From positions 65,151 to 129,150 of the forward strand of contig QMNG01000002.1 of the NCBI GenBank assembly GCA_003647645.1: a DNA stretch of 64,000 bases, given 5' to 3'. Shown here one piece after another: positions 1-9,590 of this stretch (positions are counted from its first letter, which is position 1; every line of letters begins with the position of its first letter). This DNA comes from a candidate division Kazan bacterium. Its GTDB lineage: Bacteria > Patescibacteriota > Kazan-3B-28. Below the pieces are notes generated by a model, which did not search any database, had not been told where the DNA came from, and was given only the letters and a program-made list of their open reading frames with translations. The position numbers were made by a program, and so were the translations under genes.

Positions 1-678
1 TTGAACAGAATTTTATCTACCAAGGATAAACTAACCGGAGAAGAAGCATTTAATTTGTTCTCCAGCTTTGGTTTGCCCATAGATTTTATTAAAGAAAAAA
101 TTGAGGTTGACGAAAGGGAATTCGAGGAGGCCTTTGATAAACACCGGCAGGTCTCCCGGGCTGGCGTTGAGAGTAAGTTTGGTGGACATGGTTTATCAGC
201 CGGCACCAAACTGGGTGATGAAGATAAACAAAAAATAACTCAGTTGCACACGGCCACCCACCTGCTTCATGAGGCTCTCAAACATATTTTAGGTGAGGAA
301 GTCCACCAAGCGGGTTCAGATATCAACCCCACTAGGGCCCGTTTTGATTTTTTATTTCCCCGGAAGCTTGAAGAAGGAGAGATCAGGCGAATTGAGGACT
401 GGGTGAATCAAAAAATTAAAAACGGCTTTAAAGTAAAAAAAGAAACTATGCCCTATACCAAGGCGATTGAAATAGGAGCTCATGCTTTTTTCAAGGAAAA
501 ATATCCCGATACGGTAGATGTCTATACGATATATAATAAAGTCAGTGGGGACATCATTAGCTGTGAAGTGTGCGGAGGTCCTCATGTAGCTTCCAGCAAA
601 GAACTAGGTAAGTTTAAGATTATAAAAGAGCAAAGCAGTTCGGCAGGTATCAGGCGAATTAAAGCGATATTAGAATAA
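1..678 (+). CDS. alaS: Alanyl-tRNA synthetase, C-terminal part (5' end outside window); ends after the editing domain with no C-Ala domain
   Basis: HTATHLLH and CGGPHV editing-domain zinc motifs; SSAGIRRIKA terminus. Confidence 0.93.
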   Translation: MNRILSTKDKLTGEEAFNLFSSFGLPIDFIKEKIEVDEREFEEAFDKHRQVSRAGVESKFGGHGLSAGTKLGDEDKQKITQLHTATHLLHEALKHILGEEVHQAGSDINPTRARFDFLFPRKLEEGEIRRIEDWVNQKIKNGFKVKKETMPYTKAIEIGAHAFFKEKYPDTVDVYTIYNKVSGDIISCEVCGGPHVASSKELGKFKIIKEQSSSAGIRRIKAILE

Positions 679-682
679 TTTT

Positions 683-1936
683 ATGTTTTGGGGGCGCAAA
701 AAACAAGCTGATCACGAATATATCCTAGTGTTAGACATTGGAACTTCTTTCGTGAAGGCAGTAGTTTGCTTTATAGAAGATAATCAAGCGCATATTGTCA
801 GTCATCGCCGGTGCAAACAGACAGCTAATAGTATGCGCGGCGGCATGATCGTGAATTTACCAGAAGTAGTGAAGGCCTGCCGAACGGCAATTGATTTGGC
901 GACCCAAGATTTGGATACAGAAGTTACTTCGGCTGTGTTAGGAATTAACGGCCAATTGATTGAAAGTGTTACCACAACAGTCCATTATGATAGGGCCCAT
1001 AGCAATCACCCGTTGGAGCACTCGGAATTGAAAAACATTATTTATAAGATTCAGCAGCGCTCTAGCGAAAAATTAAGAAGCTCTTTAAGCGAAAAATTTT
1101 TGGAAGACCATCCGGATATTGAACTTATTCATGCCAGCGTAGTGGATGTGCAGATGGACGGCTATGTAGTGGAAAATCCGATTGGTTTTCAGGGCAAACG
1201 GCTGAGCCTGACCATTTTTAACGCCTATGTTCCAACTGTGTATATGGGAATTTTGCAAAATCTAGCGCAGGAATTAAATCTTAATATTTTAGCTGTTGCA
1301 GCGCAGCCTTACGGACTCTCTAAACTGTTTGTTAATAATGATCTCAGAAGCGACAATCCGGAAGGCATCTTTATAGATATTGGCGGGGGGACAACCGATT
1401 TGGTCGTTTTGAAGAACGGCGGCATGGAGGGAATTCAAAGTTTCGCTTTGGGCGGAGATGCTTTTACCCGCAATCTTAAAAAAGTTTTAGGCGGAAGTTT
1501 GGAGAAAGCCGAAAAAATTAAGATAGATTATGCCAACGATTTGTTAGACAAGCGCTCAACTAAAAAAATTAGTGAATCATTGATGGCCGACGCGCGTATT
1601 TGGCTCAGTGGAGTTGAAATTGCTTTAAAGGAATTCCACGAATTGAAAATCTTACCCTCGAAAATATATCTCACGGGAGGCAGCGCTCCCCTGCCGGAAC
1701 TTCGGCGGGTACTTTTAACCAAAGACTGGTCCAAGCAGCTGCCATTCTCTAAAAAACCTTATCCGTATGTCATTAAAGTCGATGAAGTGAGCGAGATTGT
1801 TAACGAGTCAAAGACAGAGTTGTGTCCAAGTGATATTCCATCGTTGGGATTAACCAAACTAAACCTTAATCTCACATCAGAAGATGACGTGGTGACCAAT
1901 ACCCTACAGAATATTATTAAAAGTATGCAGGAATAA
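683..1936 (+). CDS. ftsA: FtsA-like actin-fold ATPase
   Basis: LDIGTSFVK phosphate-1, IDIGGGTTD phosphate-2 and LTGG adenosine motifs. Confidence 0.75.
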   Translation: MFWGRKKQADHEYILVLDIGTSFVKAVVCFIEDNQAHIVSHRRCKQTANSMRGGMIVNLPEVVKACRTAIDLATQDLDTEVTSAVLGINGQLIESVTTTVHYDRAHSNHPLEHSELKNIIYKIQQRSSEKLRSSLSEKFLEDHPDIELIHASVVDVQMDGYVVENPIGFQGKRLSLTIFNAYVPTVYMGILQNLAQELNLNILAVAAQPYGLSKLFVNNDLRSDNPEGIFIDIGGGTTDLVVLKNGGMEGIQSFALGGDAFTRNLKKVLGGSLEKAEKIKIDYANDLLDKRSTKKISESLMADARIWLSGVEIALKEFHELKILPSKIYLTGGSAPLPELRRVLLTKDWSKQLPFSKKPYPYVIKVDEVSEIVNESKTELCPSDIPSLGLTKLNLNLTSEDDVVTNTLQNIIKSMQE

Positions 1937-2008
1937 AAATCCAGATCAAAGAAACTAAATTTTCCGACAAATTTAAATTATTAATTTATTCTAAGATCTA
2001 ACTGAATT

Positions 2009-3643
2009 ATGGCTGAACAATTAATATATTTAGAGGTTGGAGACGATGTGGCAGCTGCGATAGGTCGCCTTCAGCGGGCCAGTAGTGACGAGGTAGTGAT
2101 GGTTGTTCCCCGCCGGGCTTTGTTGCTGCAGAATGTAATCAATTTGCGAATGCTCAAACGCCAAGCCGACCTTTTAAATAAGAAGGTTAGCTTGATGACT
2201 CAAGACGAAATGGGCAGGAACTCTGCCAGCGAAGCCGGCTTTAAAATTTTAGATCAACTGGATAACGATGAGACCCCTGCCGTGAAGCCAGTTCATCTAG
2301 AAAAGACCGGAACTACTGTTGGTTCTAAAATTAGGTATCGGAAAAATCGCCCAATAAAGGCAGATGTCGTTTCTGATATTGATGTTGAGCCGGGTTCTTT
2401 GGAAAAAACCTCGTTAGATGATCGGGGCGGAAAGTGGGCTAAAGTTTCAATGGGATCAGTTGTTCGCTCTGCCAAAACAGCTGGAAAATTATTCAAGCTT
2501 GAGCGTCATCATCAAGTTTTGATTGGGTTCATAGTCCTCGGTTTATTGATTTTGGGAAGTGTGGGATTTTTTGTCATTCCCAAGGCGTACGTTGCCATTG
2601 AAGTACAGTCGGAACCCTTTTCCAAACAATTTACTTTGGTTCTGGCAGACACTCAGGATGTTCAAACGGCTGGTCCGAACGTACTGACAGGTCGATTTAT
2701 TGAGGTAACCCGGGAGAATACTGGCGAGTTTGAAGCGACAGGGGAAGAAAATAGGGGGGAAAAATCTGAGGGCAAGATAACCATTATTAACCACACGGGT
2801 TCAATCCAAGGACTTTTGGTTAATACTCGTTTTCAGAGCCCTGCAGGTTTGGTATTCAGAATCAAAAGTGAAATATTAATACCTCCGGCTCGTGGCGGTA
2901 CACCGGGACGGGCAACAGTTGAAGCCGTCGCAGACGGAGGAGGAACTAAATATAACATTTCAGCGCCCATGAAGCTAACTATTCCGGGCCTTGGTGATGC
3001 TGGTGTAGATATGGTTTATGGCGAAGTAAACGGAAGTTTTAAAGGTGGCACGGATGATATCACTAAAATAGTATCTGAGGAAGATATCGAGAAAGCCAAA
3101 ATTGAGGCAGCCACCAACGTATTTGTATCTGCTGAGGCAGAGTTAAGCAGAGAACTAAAACGAGGTGAGAAGCTTATTCCCGAACTGATTCAAAATGATG
3201 TGATCGACACAATGCCAAGTGCCAGCGCTGGCGCCAAACGGGACAAATTTGAAGTTCGGGTCCAATCCCGCAGCTGGACAATCTTAATAGATGATGAGGA
3301 CTTGAAGAAAGCTATTTCTAATTCAGCTATGTTTGGATTGCCAGAGGGTCAGCAAGTTACTGATAATACGATTGATAATGCCAGCATCGAAGTAATTGAG
3401 AGTAATTTTTTAAATCACAGAATCAACCTTCTGATAAAACTGGAAGGCAGAGTGGGTCCGAGTATTAACAAGCAAGAAATCGCTTCAATTTTGGCCAATC
3501 AGGACATTGAATCTGCCAGTGGAACACTGGATAGCATGGAGGAAATCACAACTAGCTCTATAGAAATTTGGCCCACTTTCCTGACGCGAATTCCGCTTCT
3601 ATATAATAATATCCGGATACAAGTTATTTATCTCGGCGAATGA
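2009..3643 (+). CDS. Membrane-anchored conserved protein with a baseplate-J-like extracellular domain
   Basis: Single TM near aa 170-190; GKITIIN...TRF...G.VF...A...GGTD pattern typical of this CPR family. Confidence 0.55.
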   Translation: MAEQLIYLEVGDDVAAAIGRLQRASSDEVVMVVPRRALLLQNVINLRMLKRQADLLNKKVSLMTQDEMGRNSASEAGFKILDQLDNDETPAVKPVHLEKTGTTVGSKIRYRKNRPIKADVVSDIDVEPGSLEKTSLDDRGGKWAKVSMGSVVRSAKTAGKLFKLERHHQVLIGFIVLGLLILGSVGFFVIPKAYVAIEVQSEPFSKQFTLVLADTQDVQTAGPNVLTGRFIEVTRENTGEFEATGEENRGEKSEGKITIINHTGSIQGLLVNTRFQSPAGLVFRIKSEILIPPARGGTPGRATVEAVADGGGTKYNISAPMKLTIPGLGDAGVDMVYGEVNGSFKGGTDDITKIVSEEDIEKAKIEAATNVFVSAEAELSRELKRGEKLIPELIQNDVIDTMPSASAGAKRDKFEVRVQSRSWTILIDDEDLKKAISNSAMFGLPEGQQVTDNTIDNASIEVIESNFLNHRINLLIKLEGRVGPSINKQEIASILANQDIESASGTLDSMEEITTSSIEIWPTFLTRIPLLYNNIRIQVIYLGE

Positions 3644-4038
3644 CATCGATACTAGGCATTGATCCCGGGGAAAAACGCGTCGGTGTGGCTGTCGCAGATT
3701 TAGACACCCGAATCATTACGCCTCTGGTAGTTCTTAAGAATAACCGGACGTTTATTAGCGAGCTCAAAAAACTTTACGATGAGTACAATTTCAATACGGT
3801 TGTTGTCGGCATACCCTTAACCAGCTCTGGTCTTGAGGGTAAACAAGCTCAAAAGGCGTTGGCATTGGCTAAAAAAATTAAATTGCAGTTACCGGTAGCA
3901 ATAAAATTTCAGGATGAGCGTCATACCTCCAGACTCGCCCTGACTAAATTACAAATCACCGGCCATGATAAATCAAAGGTCGATGCCCTTGCTGCTGTCT
4001 TAATTTTGGAGAGTTGGCTGGCCCGTTCAAAATCATAA
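3640..4038 (+). CDS. ruvX: YqgF/RuvX family RNase H-fold nuclease
   Basis: LGIDPGEKRVGVA, VVGIP, DERHTS and DALAAVLIL motifs. Confidence 0.92.
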   Translation: MTSILGIDPGEKRVGVAVADLDTRIITPLVVLKNNRTFISELKKLYDEYNFNTVVVGIPLTSSGLEGKQAQKALALAKKIKLQLPVAIKFQDERHTSRLALTKLQITGHDKSKVDALAAVLILESWLARSKS

Positions 4039-4136
4039 AAGTTCTTTGCTACAATACAATTATTGACATTTGATATGCTCGTTTGTACAATAGCCGTAGT
4101 TATTATATTAGCTAATGGTAATCGCTGGGAGGTGAA

Positions 4137-4409
4137 ATGAATAAATCCCAACTTATCGAGTTAATTGCCTCAAAGGCAAATCTCTCGAAAAAGTCAGCAA
4201 CTCAAGCGGTGGATATCTTTGTCGATACGGTCAAGAAGAATCTGGCCGAGAACAAGAAGGTAACCATTACTGGTTTTGGTACTTTTTCGGTCAGTTCGCG
4301 TGCAGCTCGTAACGGCGTAAACCCCCAGACTGGAAAGCCGATCACTATTCCGGCTTCCAAAGTCCCCCGGTTCAAGGCTGGCAAGGAATTACGCCATTTG
4401 GTTAAGTAA
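4137..4409 (+). CDS. hup: DNA-binding protein HU
   Basis: MNKSQLI...GFGTF...RNGVNPQTG...PRFKAGK; GGAGG SD. Confidence 0.96.
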   Translation: MNKSQLIELIASKANLSKKSATQAVDIFVDTVKKNLAENKKVTITGFGTFSVSSRAARNGVNPQTGKPITIPASKVPRFKAGKELRHLVK

Positions 4410-4423
4410 CCATTTTATACTAA

Positions 4424-4465
4424 AAACAAAACTCCTCTCTTGCATAGAGGGAGGGTGTTTTGTTT
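4424..4465 (+). terminator. Probable intrinsic terminator after hup
   Basis: ctcctctc...gagggag hairpin followed by a T-rich tract. Confidence 0.6.
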
Positions 4466-4493
4466 ATTATAGAGGTACATAGTTAAATCTTCA

Positions 4494-4568
4494 GCGGGTA
4501 TCGTATAGCGGCTATTATATCTGCCTTCCAAGCAGAAGATGCGGGTTCGACTCCCGCTACCCGCTCCA
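4494..4568 (+). tRNA. tRNA-Gly(TCC)
   Basis: Cloverleaf, anticodon loop ttccaa, GGTTCGAC T-loop, encoded CCA. Confidence 0.95.
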
Positions 4569-4610
4569 GATGACATTAAATAGTTCTCTCTCATGCCGAC
4601 TTTTGTGTAC

Positions 4611-4639
4611 TTGACACGAAGGGTTCTTTGTGATATAAT
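4611..4639 (+). promoter_or_regulatory. Consensus sigma70 promoter
   Basis: TTGACA-N17-TATAAT. Confidence 0.8.
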
Positions 4640-4744
4640 TGAATAATGTTTGGCCTAAAAGTTTAGAAAATATGTCAGAGTGTCGTGATGCTGCGGAGGG
4701 AAGTTTATTTAAAAATCGTTTGTTGAAATATTAATTAAGGATTG

Positions 4745-5134
4745 ATGAAAAACAAAAATAAAAATATTTTTAGGAAGCTTAGGTCTATTCTTATTAACTC
4801 CGGTTATGATGTGGTTCTGACTGGTCGATTCAACCCTCCCCGAGACATCAGAGGGCTGAGATTTAGAAGTGTCAAGGGATATATTGCTCCAGACAGTTTA
4901 AAAATTTATATAAACAAAGCTATGCCGGTTAATGATCGAGTTATCACTCTGATCCACGAACTTCTGCATGAAATGTATCCGGTTTGGACGGAGTCTAAGG
5001 TAGAACGGGAATCAAAAAATATTTTCCAGTCATTAACAGTTCCTCAGTTGGGTTTCATTCAGTTTTTTGTTATGACTAAGCCGGAAATCAACAGAACTCT
5101 CAAGCAACAGCCATTTCATTCCCCTATCTGTTAA
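4745..5134 (+). CDS. Small HExxH zinc metallopeptidase-like protein
   Basis: TLIHELLHE motif; own promoter; AAGGA SD. Confidence 0.55.
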   Translation: MKNKNKNIFRKLRSILINSGYDVVLTGRFNPPRDIRGLRFRSVKGYIAPDSLKIYINKAMPVNDRVITLIHELLHEMYPVWTESKVERESKNIFQSLTVPQLGFIQFFVMTKPEINRTLKQQPFHSPIC

Positions 5135-5360
5135 TCCCAAGAATATTTTTAAGGCTTTACCTATTTCCGTCAGTCGCGGAAATTTTTTATTCTTGGATCG
5201 TTTCTTTTTGCCGATGGTTATTCGGTTTTAGTGAAAAGCAGATAGTATTTAATTTTTTGGATGTTCTCTGAAATTTGTATTTTAATTAGATTTCCATATT
5301 GCTTGTGCTAAATTTATAATGTACTCTACAACAATGTTTCTTTTATTTAAATGCGCTCTT

Positions 5361-5436
5361 GCCCCGGTAGCTCAGTGGATAGAGCATCGGTTTTCTAAAC
5401 CGAGGGTCGCAGGTTCGAATCCTGCCCGGGGTGCCA
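5361..5436 (+). tRNA. tRNA-Arg(TCT)
   Basis: Cloverleaf, anticodon arm tcggt-tttctaa-accga, CCA end. Confidence 0.95.
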
Positions 5437-5542
5437 CAAGAGGTTTTGCCCCATTAACAATCAGCGACGGTTAGTTATTAAATATAGTTAAAGCGGTATC
5501 ATTATAGTAACCGATTTTAAATTACCGCATTGCGGTGTTCAT

Positions 5543-5619
5543 GGTGGACGTAGCTTAATGGTAAAGCTCCCGGTTGTGGTCCGGGCGATCTGCGGGTTCG
5601 AATCCCGTCGTCCACCCCA
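5543..5619 (+). tRNA. tRNA-His(GTG)
   Basis: Cloverleaf, GTG anticodon, G-1 and C discriminator, CCA end. Confidence 0.95.
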
Positions 5620-5626
5620 CCAATAT

Positions 5627-6019
5627 ATGCTTATGAAGATTGATAAAAAAGAATTTAAGTCTGCCGTTTATAAACTTGTTAAGTTAATCCCTAGGGGCAA
5701 TGTGATGACCTATGGTCAGATTGCTGCGCTGCTTGGCTATCCCAGAGCAGCCCAATATGTTGGTTGGACGCTGCACTGGGCAAAATTTGAGGATGTTCCA
5801 TATCAGCGGGTAGTTAATAGATTTGGCGGTCTGGCGTCGGGCTACTCGCGTGGCGGCAGAGAAGCTCATAGATTCGATTTGGAAACTCTTGAGGGGATTA
5901 AAGTGCGCGACGACATGACTATCGATCTTGAAAAATATATCTGGCATCCGCCCCAAGATCTGATTCCCAAGATTAGATCGGCCGGGGTGCTGGAAGACAT
6001 ACCCTTCAAGTCCCCGTAG
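5627..6019 (+). CDS. Alkyltransferase-like (ATL/MGMT family) DNA-binding protein
   Basis: IPRGNVMTYGQIA...RAAQYVG...PYQRVV. The ORF-track start at 5558 lies in tRNA-His, so the start was moved to the ATG at 5627. Confidence 0.85.
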   Translation: MLMKIDKKEFKSAVYKLVKLIPRGNVMTYGQIAALLGYPRAAQYVGWTLHWAKFEDVPYQRVVNRFGGLASGYSRGGREAHRFDLETLEGIKVRDDMTIDLEKYIWHPPQDLIPKIRSAGVLEDIPFKSP

Positions 6020-6086
6020 CTCAGCGGATTAGAGCGTTGGTTTCCGGTACCAAAGGTCGGAGGTTCGAATCCTCCCGGGGACGCCA
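6010..6086 (+). tRNA. tRNA-Arg(CCG)
   Basis: Cloverleaf, anticodon arm ttggt-ttccggt-accaa, CCA end. Confidence 0.95.
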
Positions 6087-6091
6087 CAAAA

Positions 6092-6212
6092 GGAGCTTTG
6101 CTCCAATTAACAATTAGCAATGGTCAATTGCCAGTTATTATTGAAGAAATATTATATAATGACAATCAATTGAGAATTAAAAATTGTGAATTGGAAATTG
6201 CCGCGCAGCGGC
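6092..6212. repeat. Heptamer-periodic inverted-repeat element with terminal mini-hairpins (copy 1), upstream of tRNA-Lys(CTT)
   Basis: GGAGCTTTGCTCC...AATTNNN units...GCCGCGCAGCGGC; homologous to 16230-16411. Confidence 0.8.
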
Positions 6213-6215
6213 CTT

Positions 6216-6290
6216 GGGTGCATAGCTCAGCGGTAGAGCAGTCGCCTCTTAAGCGATTGGCCGCAGGTTCGAATCCTGCTGCACCCACCA
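6216..6290 (+). tRNA. tRNA-Lys(CTT)
   Basis: Cloverleaf, anticodon loop ctcttaa, CCA end. Confidence 0.95.
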
Positions 6291-6295
6291 TATTA

Positions 6296-6435
6296 AAAAT
6301 TCGAAGCACTAAATCCGAAATCCTAAACAAGCACGAAGCACTAAATTTTAAACAGAAACAAGAAAACAGTTTGGGACATTGGAATTTAATATTTAGAATT
6401 TGTTTAGAGTTTAGATATTAGAATTTAGAATTTAA
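6296..6435. repeat. Heptamer-periodic imperfect inverted repeat
   Basis: Left arm aaattcgaagcactaaatccgaaatcctaaacaa; right arm ttgtttagagtttagatattagaatttagaattt. Confidence 0.7.
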
Positions 6436-6443
6436 CTTTTTTA

Positions 6444-6518
6444 GGCCCCATCGTCTAATGGTTAGGACGTCAGCTTTTCAAGCTGAAAACAGGAGTTCGA
6501 TTCTCCTTGGGGCTACCA
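6444..6518 (+). tRNA. tRNA-Glu(TTC)
   Basis: Cloverleaf, anticodon arm tcagc-ttttcaa-gctga, CCA end. Confidence 0.95.
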
Positions 6519-6648
6519 AATTTTCAAGAAAGTTACAAAAAGGCAAAGCAGACAAAGCTCCAAATAGAAAGACCTCTGCTATGGATGAGAGTTTTCTAAA
6601 AGGTATCAGATTATTCATGCCTGAACTACCGAATTTCAATAATCATCG

Positions 6649-6676
6649 TTGACAGAATTTGTTCTTTTGATACACT
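6649..6676 (+). promoter_or_regulatory. Sigma70-type promoter
   Basis: TTGACA-N16-TACACT with TG extended -10. Confidence 0.55.
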
Positions 6677-6774
6677 CATCAATGTACAAAAGTAATCTTT
6701 TGTCGCTGTTGGGATAGCCTGATAGCGAATAGGGTCGAATGATCTAACCTTGTTTTTAAAGTAAGAGGAGAATT

Positions 6775-7080
6775 ATGAACGACGAAATGGACACAGCCCC
6801 CACGGGCGACGAAGAAAATACTGATGTTACCCCTACGGCTGATGATGCGCCTGCCGCTGATGACGACAACACTACAGGTGCAGATGGCGAAGAAGCAGCT
6901 CCCGAGGCTGCTCCTGAAACTCCTGCCGAAGAAGCAGCTCCCGAGGCCGCTCCTGAAACTCCCGCCGAAGCAGCTCCCGAGGCTCCTGCGGAAGAAGCAG
7001 CTCCCGAGGCTCCTGCCGAAGAAGCAGCTCCCGAAGCCGCCTCAGATGAAGGCGACAATAATGAAGAAAACGCAGTGTAA
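6775..7080 (+). CDS. Small, highly acidic low-complexity protein with EEAAPEAPA repeats
   Basis: GAGGAG SD; promoter and terminator flank the ORF; tandem gaagcagctcccgag repeats. Confidence 0.7.
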   Translation: MNDEMDTAPTGDEENTDVTPTADDAPAADDDNTTGADGEEAAPEAAPETPAEEAAPEAAPETPAEAAPEAPAEEAAPEAPAEEAAPEAASDEGDNNEENAV

Positions 7081-7103
7081 TTTCTTCTCAATAATATAAA
7101 TAA

Positions 7104-7136
7104 GATCCCCATTGAACTCAGTGGGGGTTTTATTTT
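7104..7136 (+). terminator. Intrinsic terminator
   Basis: ccccattg-loop-cagtgggg followed by a T-tract. Confidence 0.7.
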
Positions 7137-7321
7137 ACCGCTTGACTAGTTTAATATAATTAAGTTGTATCCTTAGAAAGCCCTGCAGTCGACTGTAATT
7201 AGTGCTGTTGGAAACGCATAGACAACTGGGAGCAGTGTTTCCTGTTTGATTTCTGTCTTGCCTTGAAAAGAAATATAATTGAAAGACCCGAAGGTTTTTC
7301 TTAAAGTTTTCTACAAAAAGC

Positions 7322-8269
7322 ATGAATGAATATGATGTTGTTATTGTGGGGGCGGGGGCAGCTGGTTTGTCAGCTGCTTTATATACATCTCGTCGCAGAT
7401 TGAAAACTTTAATTTTGTCCAAAGACATGGGTGGTCAAACTGCTACTACTATGGATATAGAAAATTATCCGGGGGTTGATTTTTCCACCGGCCCGGATCT
7501 TATGAAAAACTTTGCTGCCCAGGCTAAGAAATTCGGCGCTGAACTAGTATTGGATGAGGTAATTGGCATTAGCCGAGATGGCCAGAAATTTAGCGTTAGC
7601 ACAAAGTCCGGTAAAACCTATTCAGCTAAGGCAATAATTTTGGGTCTTGGCAAGCGCCCCCGTGAATTGGATGTTGCCGGCGAAGAAAAATTTAGAAACA
7701 AAGGAGTAGTGTATTGTGCTACTTGTGACGCTCCTTTATTTAAAGACAAAATAGTAGCGGTCATTGGCGGAGGCAACGCGGCTTTCGACTCGGCGCTGTT
7801 ATTATCTAAGATCGCTGCCAAAGTTTATTTGATCCATAGGCGAAACGAATTTAGGGCTGAAAATATTTTAGTTGAACGGGCTAAGCAGACAGATAAAATT
7901 GAATTTATCCTTAATGCCATAGTCGACAGCATTGAGGGTAAAGATTTTGTTGATTCAGTTGTTATTAGTACCCCAAGTGGCAAAAAGACACTGGCAGTTG
8001 AGGGAGTGTTTGTGGAAATTGGACAGATAGTTCCCAGTAGCTTCATTAAGGGTTTGGTTGAGCTAAACGATGCAGGAGAAATAATTATTGATAATGTGAA
8101 CCAAACTTCGGCGTCGGGCATTTTTGCGGCTGGCGATGCCACCATAGTGCCCTTTAAGCAAATGGTGGTTTCTGCCGGTGAGGGTGCCAAGGCCGCTTTG
8201 GCTGCATACAACTATATTCAAGGGCAAAGTCTCGATACGGCTACTGCTGATCAAGGCTATATCAAATAA
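7322..8269 (+). CDS. trxB: Thioredoxin reductase
   Basis: GAGAAG FAD motif, CATCD active site, GGGNAA NADPH motif, GIFAAGD. Confidence 0.95.
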   Translation: MNEYDVVIVGAGAAGLSAALYTSRRRLKTLILSKDMGGQTATTMDIENYPGVDFSTGPDLMKNFAAQAKKFGAELVLDEVIGISRDGQKFSVSTKSGKTYSAKAIILGLGKRPRELDVAGEEKFRNKGVVYCATCDAPLFKDKIVAVIGGGNAAFDSALLLSKIAAKVYLIHRRNEFRAENILVERAKQTDKIEFILNAIVDSIEGKDFVDSVVISTPSGKKTLAVEGVFVEIGQIVPSSFIKGLVELNDAGEIIIDNVNQTSASGIFAAGDATIVPFKQMVVSAGEGAKAALAAYNYIQGQSLDTATADQGYIK

Positions 8270-8304
8270 ACAAGACATAGACACAAGGGTAAACTTTTAG
8301 GCAA

Positions 8305-9561
8305 ATGAAAGAGGTTAATCCAGCATCCCGAATTGCTCTCTCATCGGCGGTTAGGACAGCCGTTGACATTTTGGGTTTCGATAAAACATTGGTTGAAAAA
8401 TTAAACTTTCCAGACCATTTGTACGAGGATAGACTGGAAATTAAATTAGACAATGGCAAAAATTTAAAGCTCCCAGCTTGGCGGGCGCAGTACAGCAACA
8501 TTCGAGGGCCTTATAAAGGCGGTATCAGATTTCACAAGGATGTTAGCGCTGAGGAAGTTGCTCTTTTGTCAGCATTAATGGCGTTTAAGACGGCTTTGGT
8601 AAATATTCCAATGGGCGGCGGCAAGGGCGGTGTTAAGGTTAATGCTAAAAATCTTTCTGATTCAGAACGCGAACGAGTTGCTCGTGCCTATATTCGCAGT
8701 TTCCATGAAATTTTGGGCTCTAAGGTTGATATTCCAGCTCCAGACATTAGTACTGATGCCCAGACGATGGCCTGGATGATGGATGAATATTCAAACATAG
8801 TTGGCTATGTAGAGCCAGGTGTGGTAAGCGGTAAGCCACAGAGCTTGTTTGGCTCAAGGGGCCGCAACAATGCCACATCTAGGGGAGGAAAATTGGTGCT
8901 TGATAAGCTGGTTACTCATCTGAATATTAAAAAAATACCACTGACAGTTGCTATTCAGGGAGCTGGCAATGTGGGCGGCTGGCTGGCCAAATTATTGGAT
9001 GATGATAACAAATATAAGATAGTGGCTATCAGCGACAGCAATGGCGCTATCTATAATGCTAAGGGTTTGGATGTCGGTGATGTTTTGAAATATAAGCGCG
9101 AGACTGGTTCAGTTGAGTATTTTGAATATGCCCAGACATTGACCTATAGTGAAATGCTGGAATTACCGGTTGACGTTTTAGTATTGGCGGCTATCGAGAA
9201 TCAGATCAACGATGACAATGCAGATAATATCCGCGCTAAAATAATTTTGGAATTAGCTAATCATCCGGTTACCAGCCGAGCTGACGCCATATTGGATGAA
9301 AAGCACATCACAGTTATTCCTGATATTTTAGCCAATGCCGGCGGTGTGGTCGTTAGCTATTTTGAATGGGTACAAAATAACACCGGTTTCTACTGGAATG
9401 AGAATGAAGTTGCCACAAATCTTGAGCGGCTTATGAATGAGGCAGTTACACAGGTGCTGCGATCTGCCACTGAACATGATGTTAATTTAAGAGTTGCCTC
9501 ATATATCGTGGCGCTACAACGCCTTAAAAAAGCCTGGGAGTTGCGTGGTGTGATACACTAG
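8305..9561 (+). CDS. gdhA: Glutamate dehydrogenase (Glu/Leu/Phe/Val family)
   Basis: GPYKGGIRFH, GGGKGG, DIPAPD, QGAGNVG and PDILANAGGVVVSYFEW. Confidence 0.93.
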   Translation: MKEVNPASRIALSSAVRTAVDILGFDKTLVEKLNFPDHLYEDRLEIKLDNGKNLKLPAWRAQYSNIRGPYKGGIRFHKDVSAEEVALLSALMAFKTALVNIPMGGGKGGVKVNAKNLSDSERERVARAYIRSFHEILGSKVDIPAPDISTDAQTMAWMMDEYSNIVGYVEPGVVSGKPQSLFGSRGRNNATSRGGKLVLDKLVTHLNIKKIPLTVAIQGAGNVGGWLAKLLDDDNKYKIVAISDSNGAIYNAKGLDVGDVLKYKRETGSVEYFEYAQTLTYSEMLELPVDVLVLAAIENQINDDNADNIRAKIILELANHPVTSRADAILDEKHITVIPDILANAGGVVVSYFEWVQNNTGFYWNENEVATNLERLMNEAVTQVLRSATEHDVNLRVASYIVALQRLKKAWELRGVIH

Positions 9562-9590
9562 AAAAGTTTACAACAACTGTAGCTGTTGAT

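Noticed and set aside
1..678. Truncated alaS as a pseudogene
   Set aside because: Editing motifs are intact, the window cuts the 5' end, and loss of the C-Ala domain is a known natural variant.
2009..3643. Prophage
   Set aside because: No other phage genes or integrase; the gene sits in a housekeeping operon.
5558..5626. ORF-track N-terminal extension of the ATL gene
   Set aside because: It overlaps tRNA-His.
6098..6652. ORFs 6098-6421 and 6458-6652
   Set aside because: They run across tRNA-Lys, tRNA-Glu and heptamer repeats, so they are spurious.
6756..7112. Alternative-frame ORFs over the acidic repeat gene
   Set aside because: They are shadows of the repeat; only 6775-7080 has an SD, promoter and terminator.
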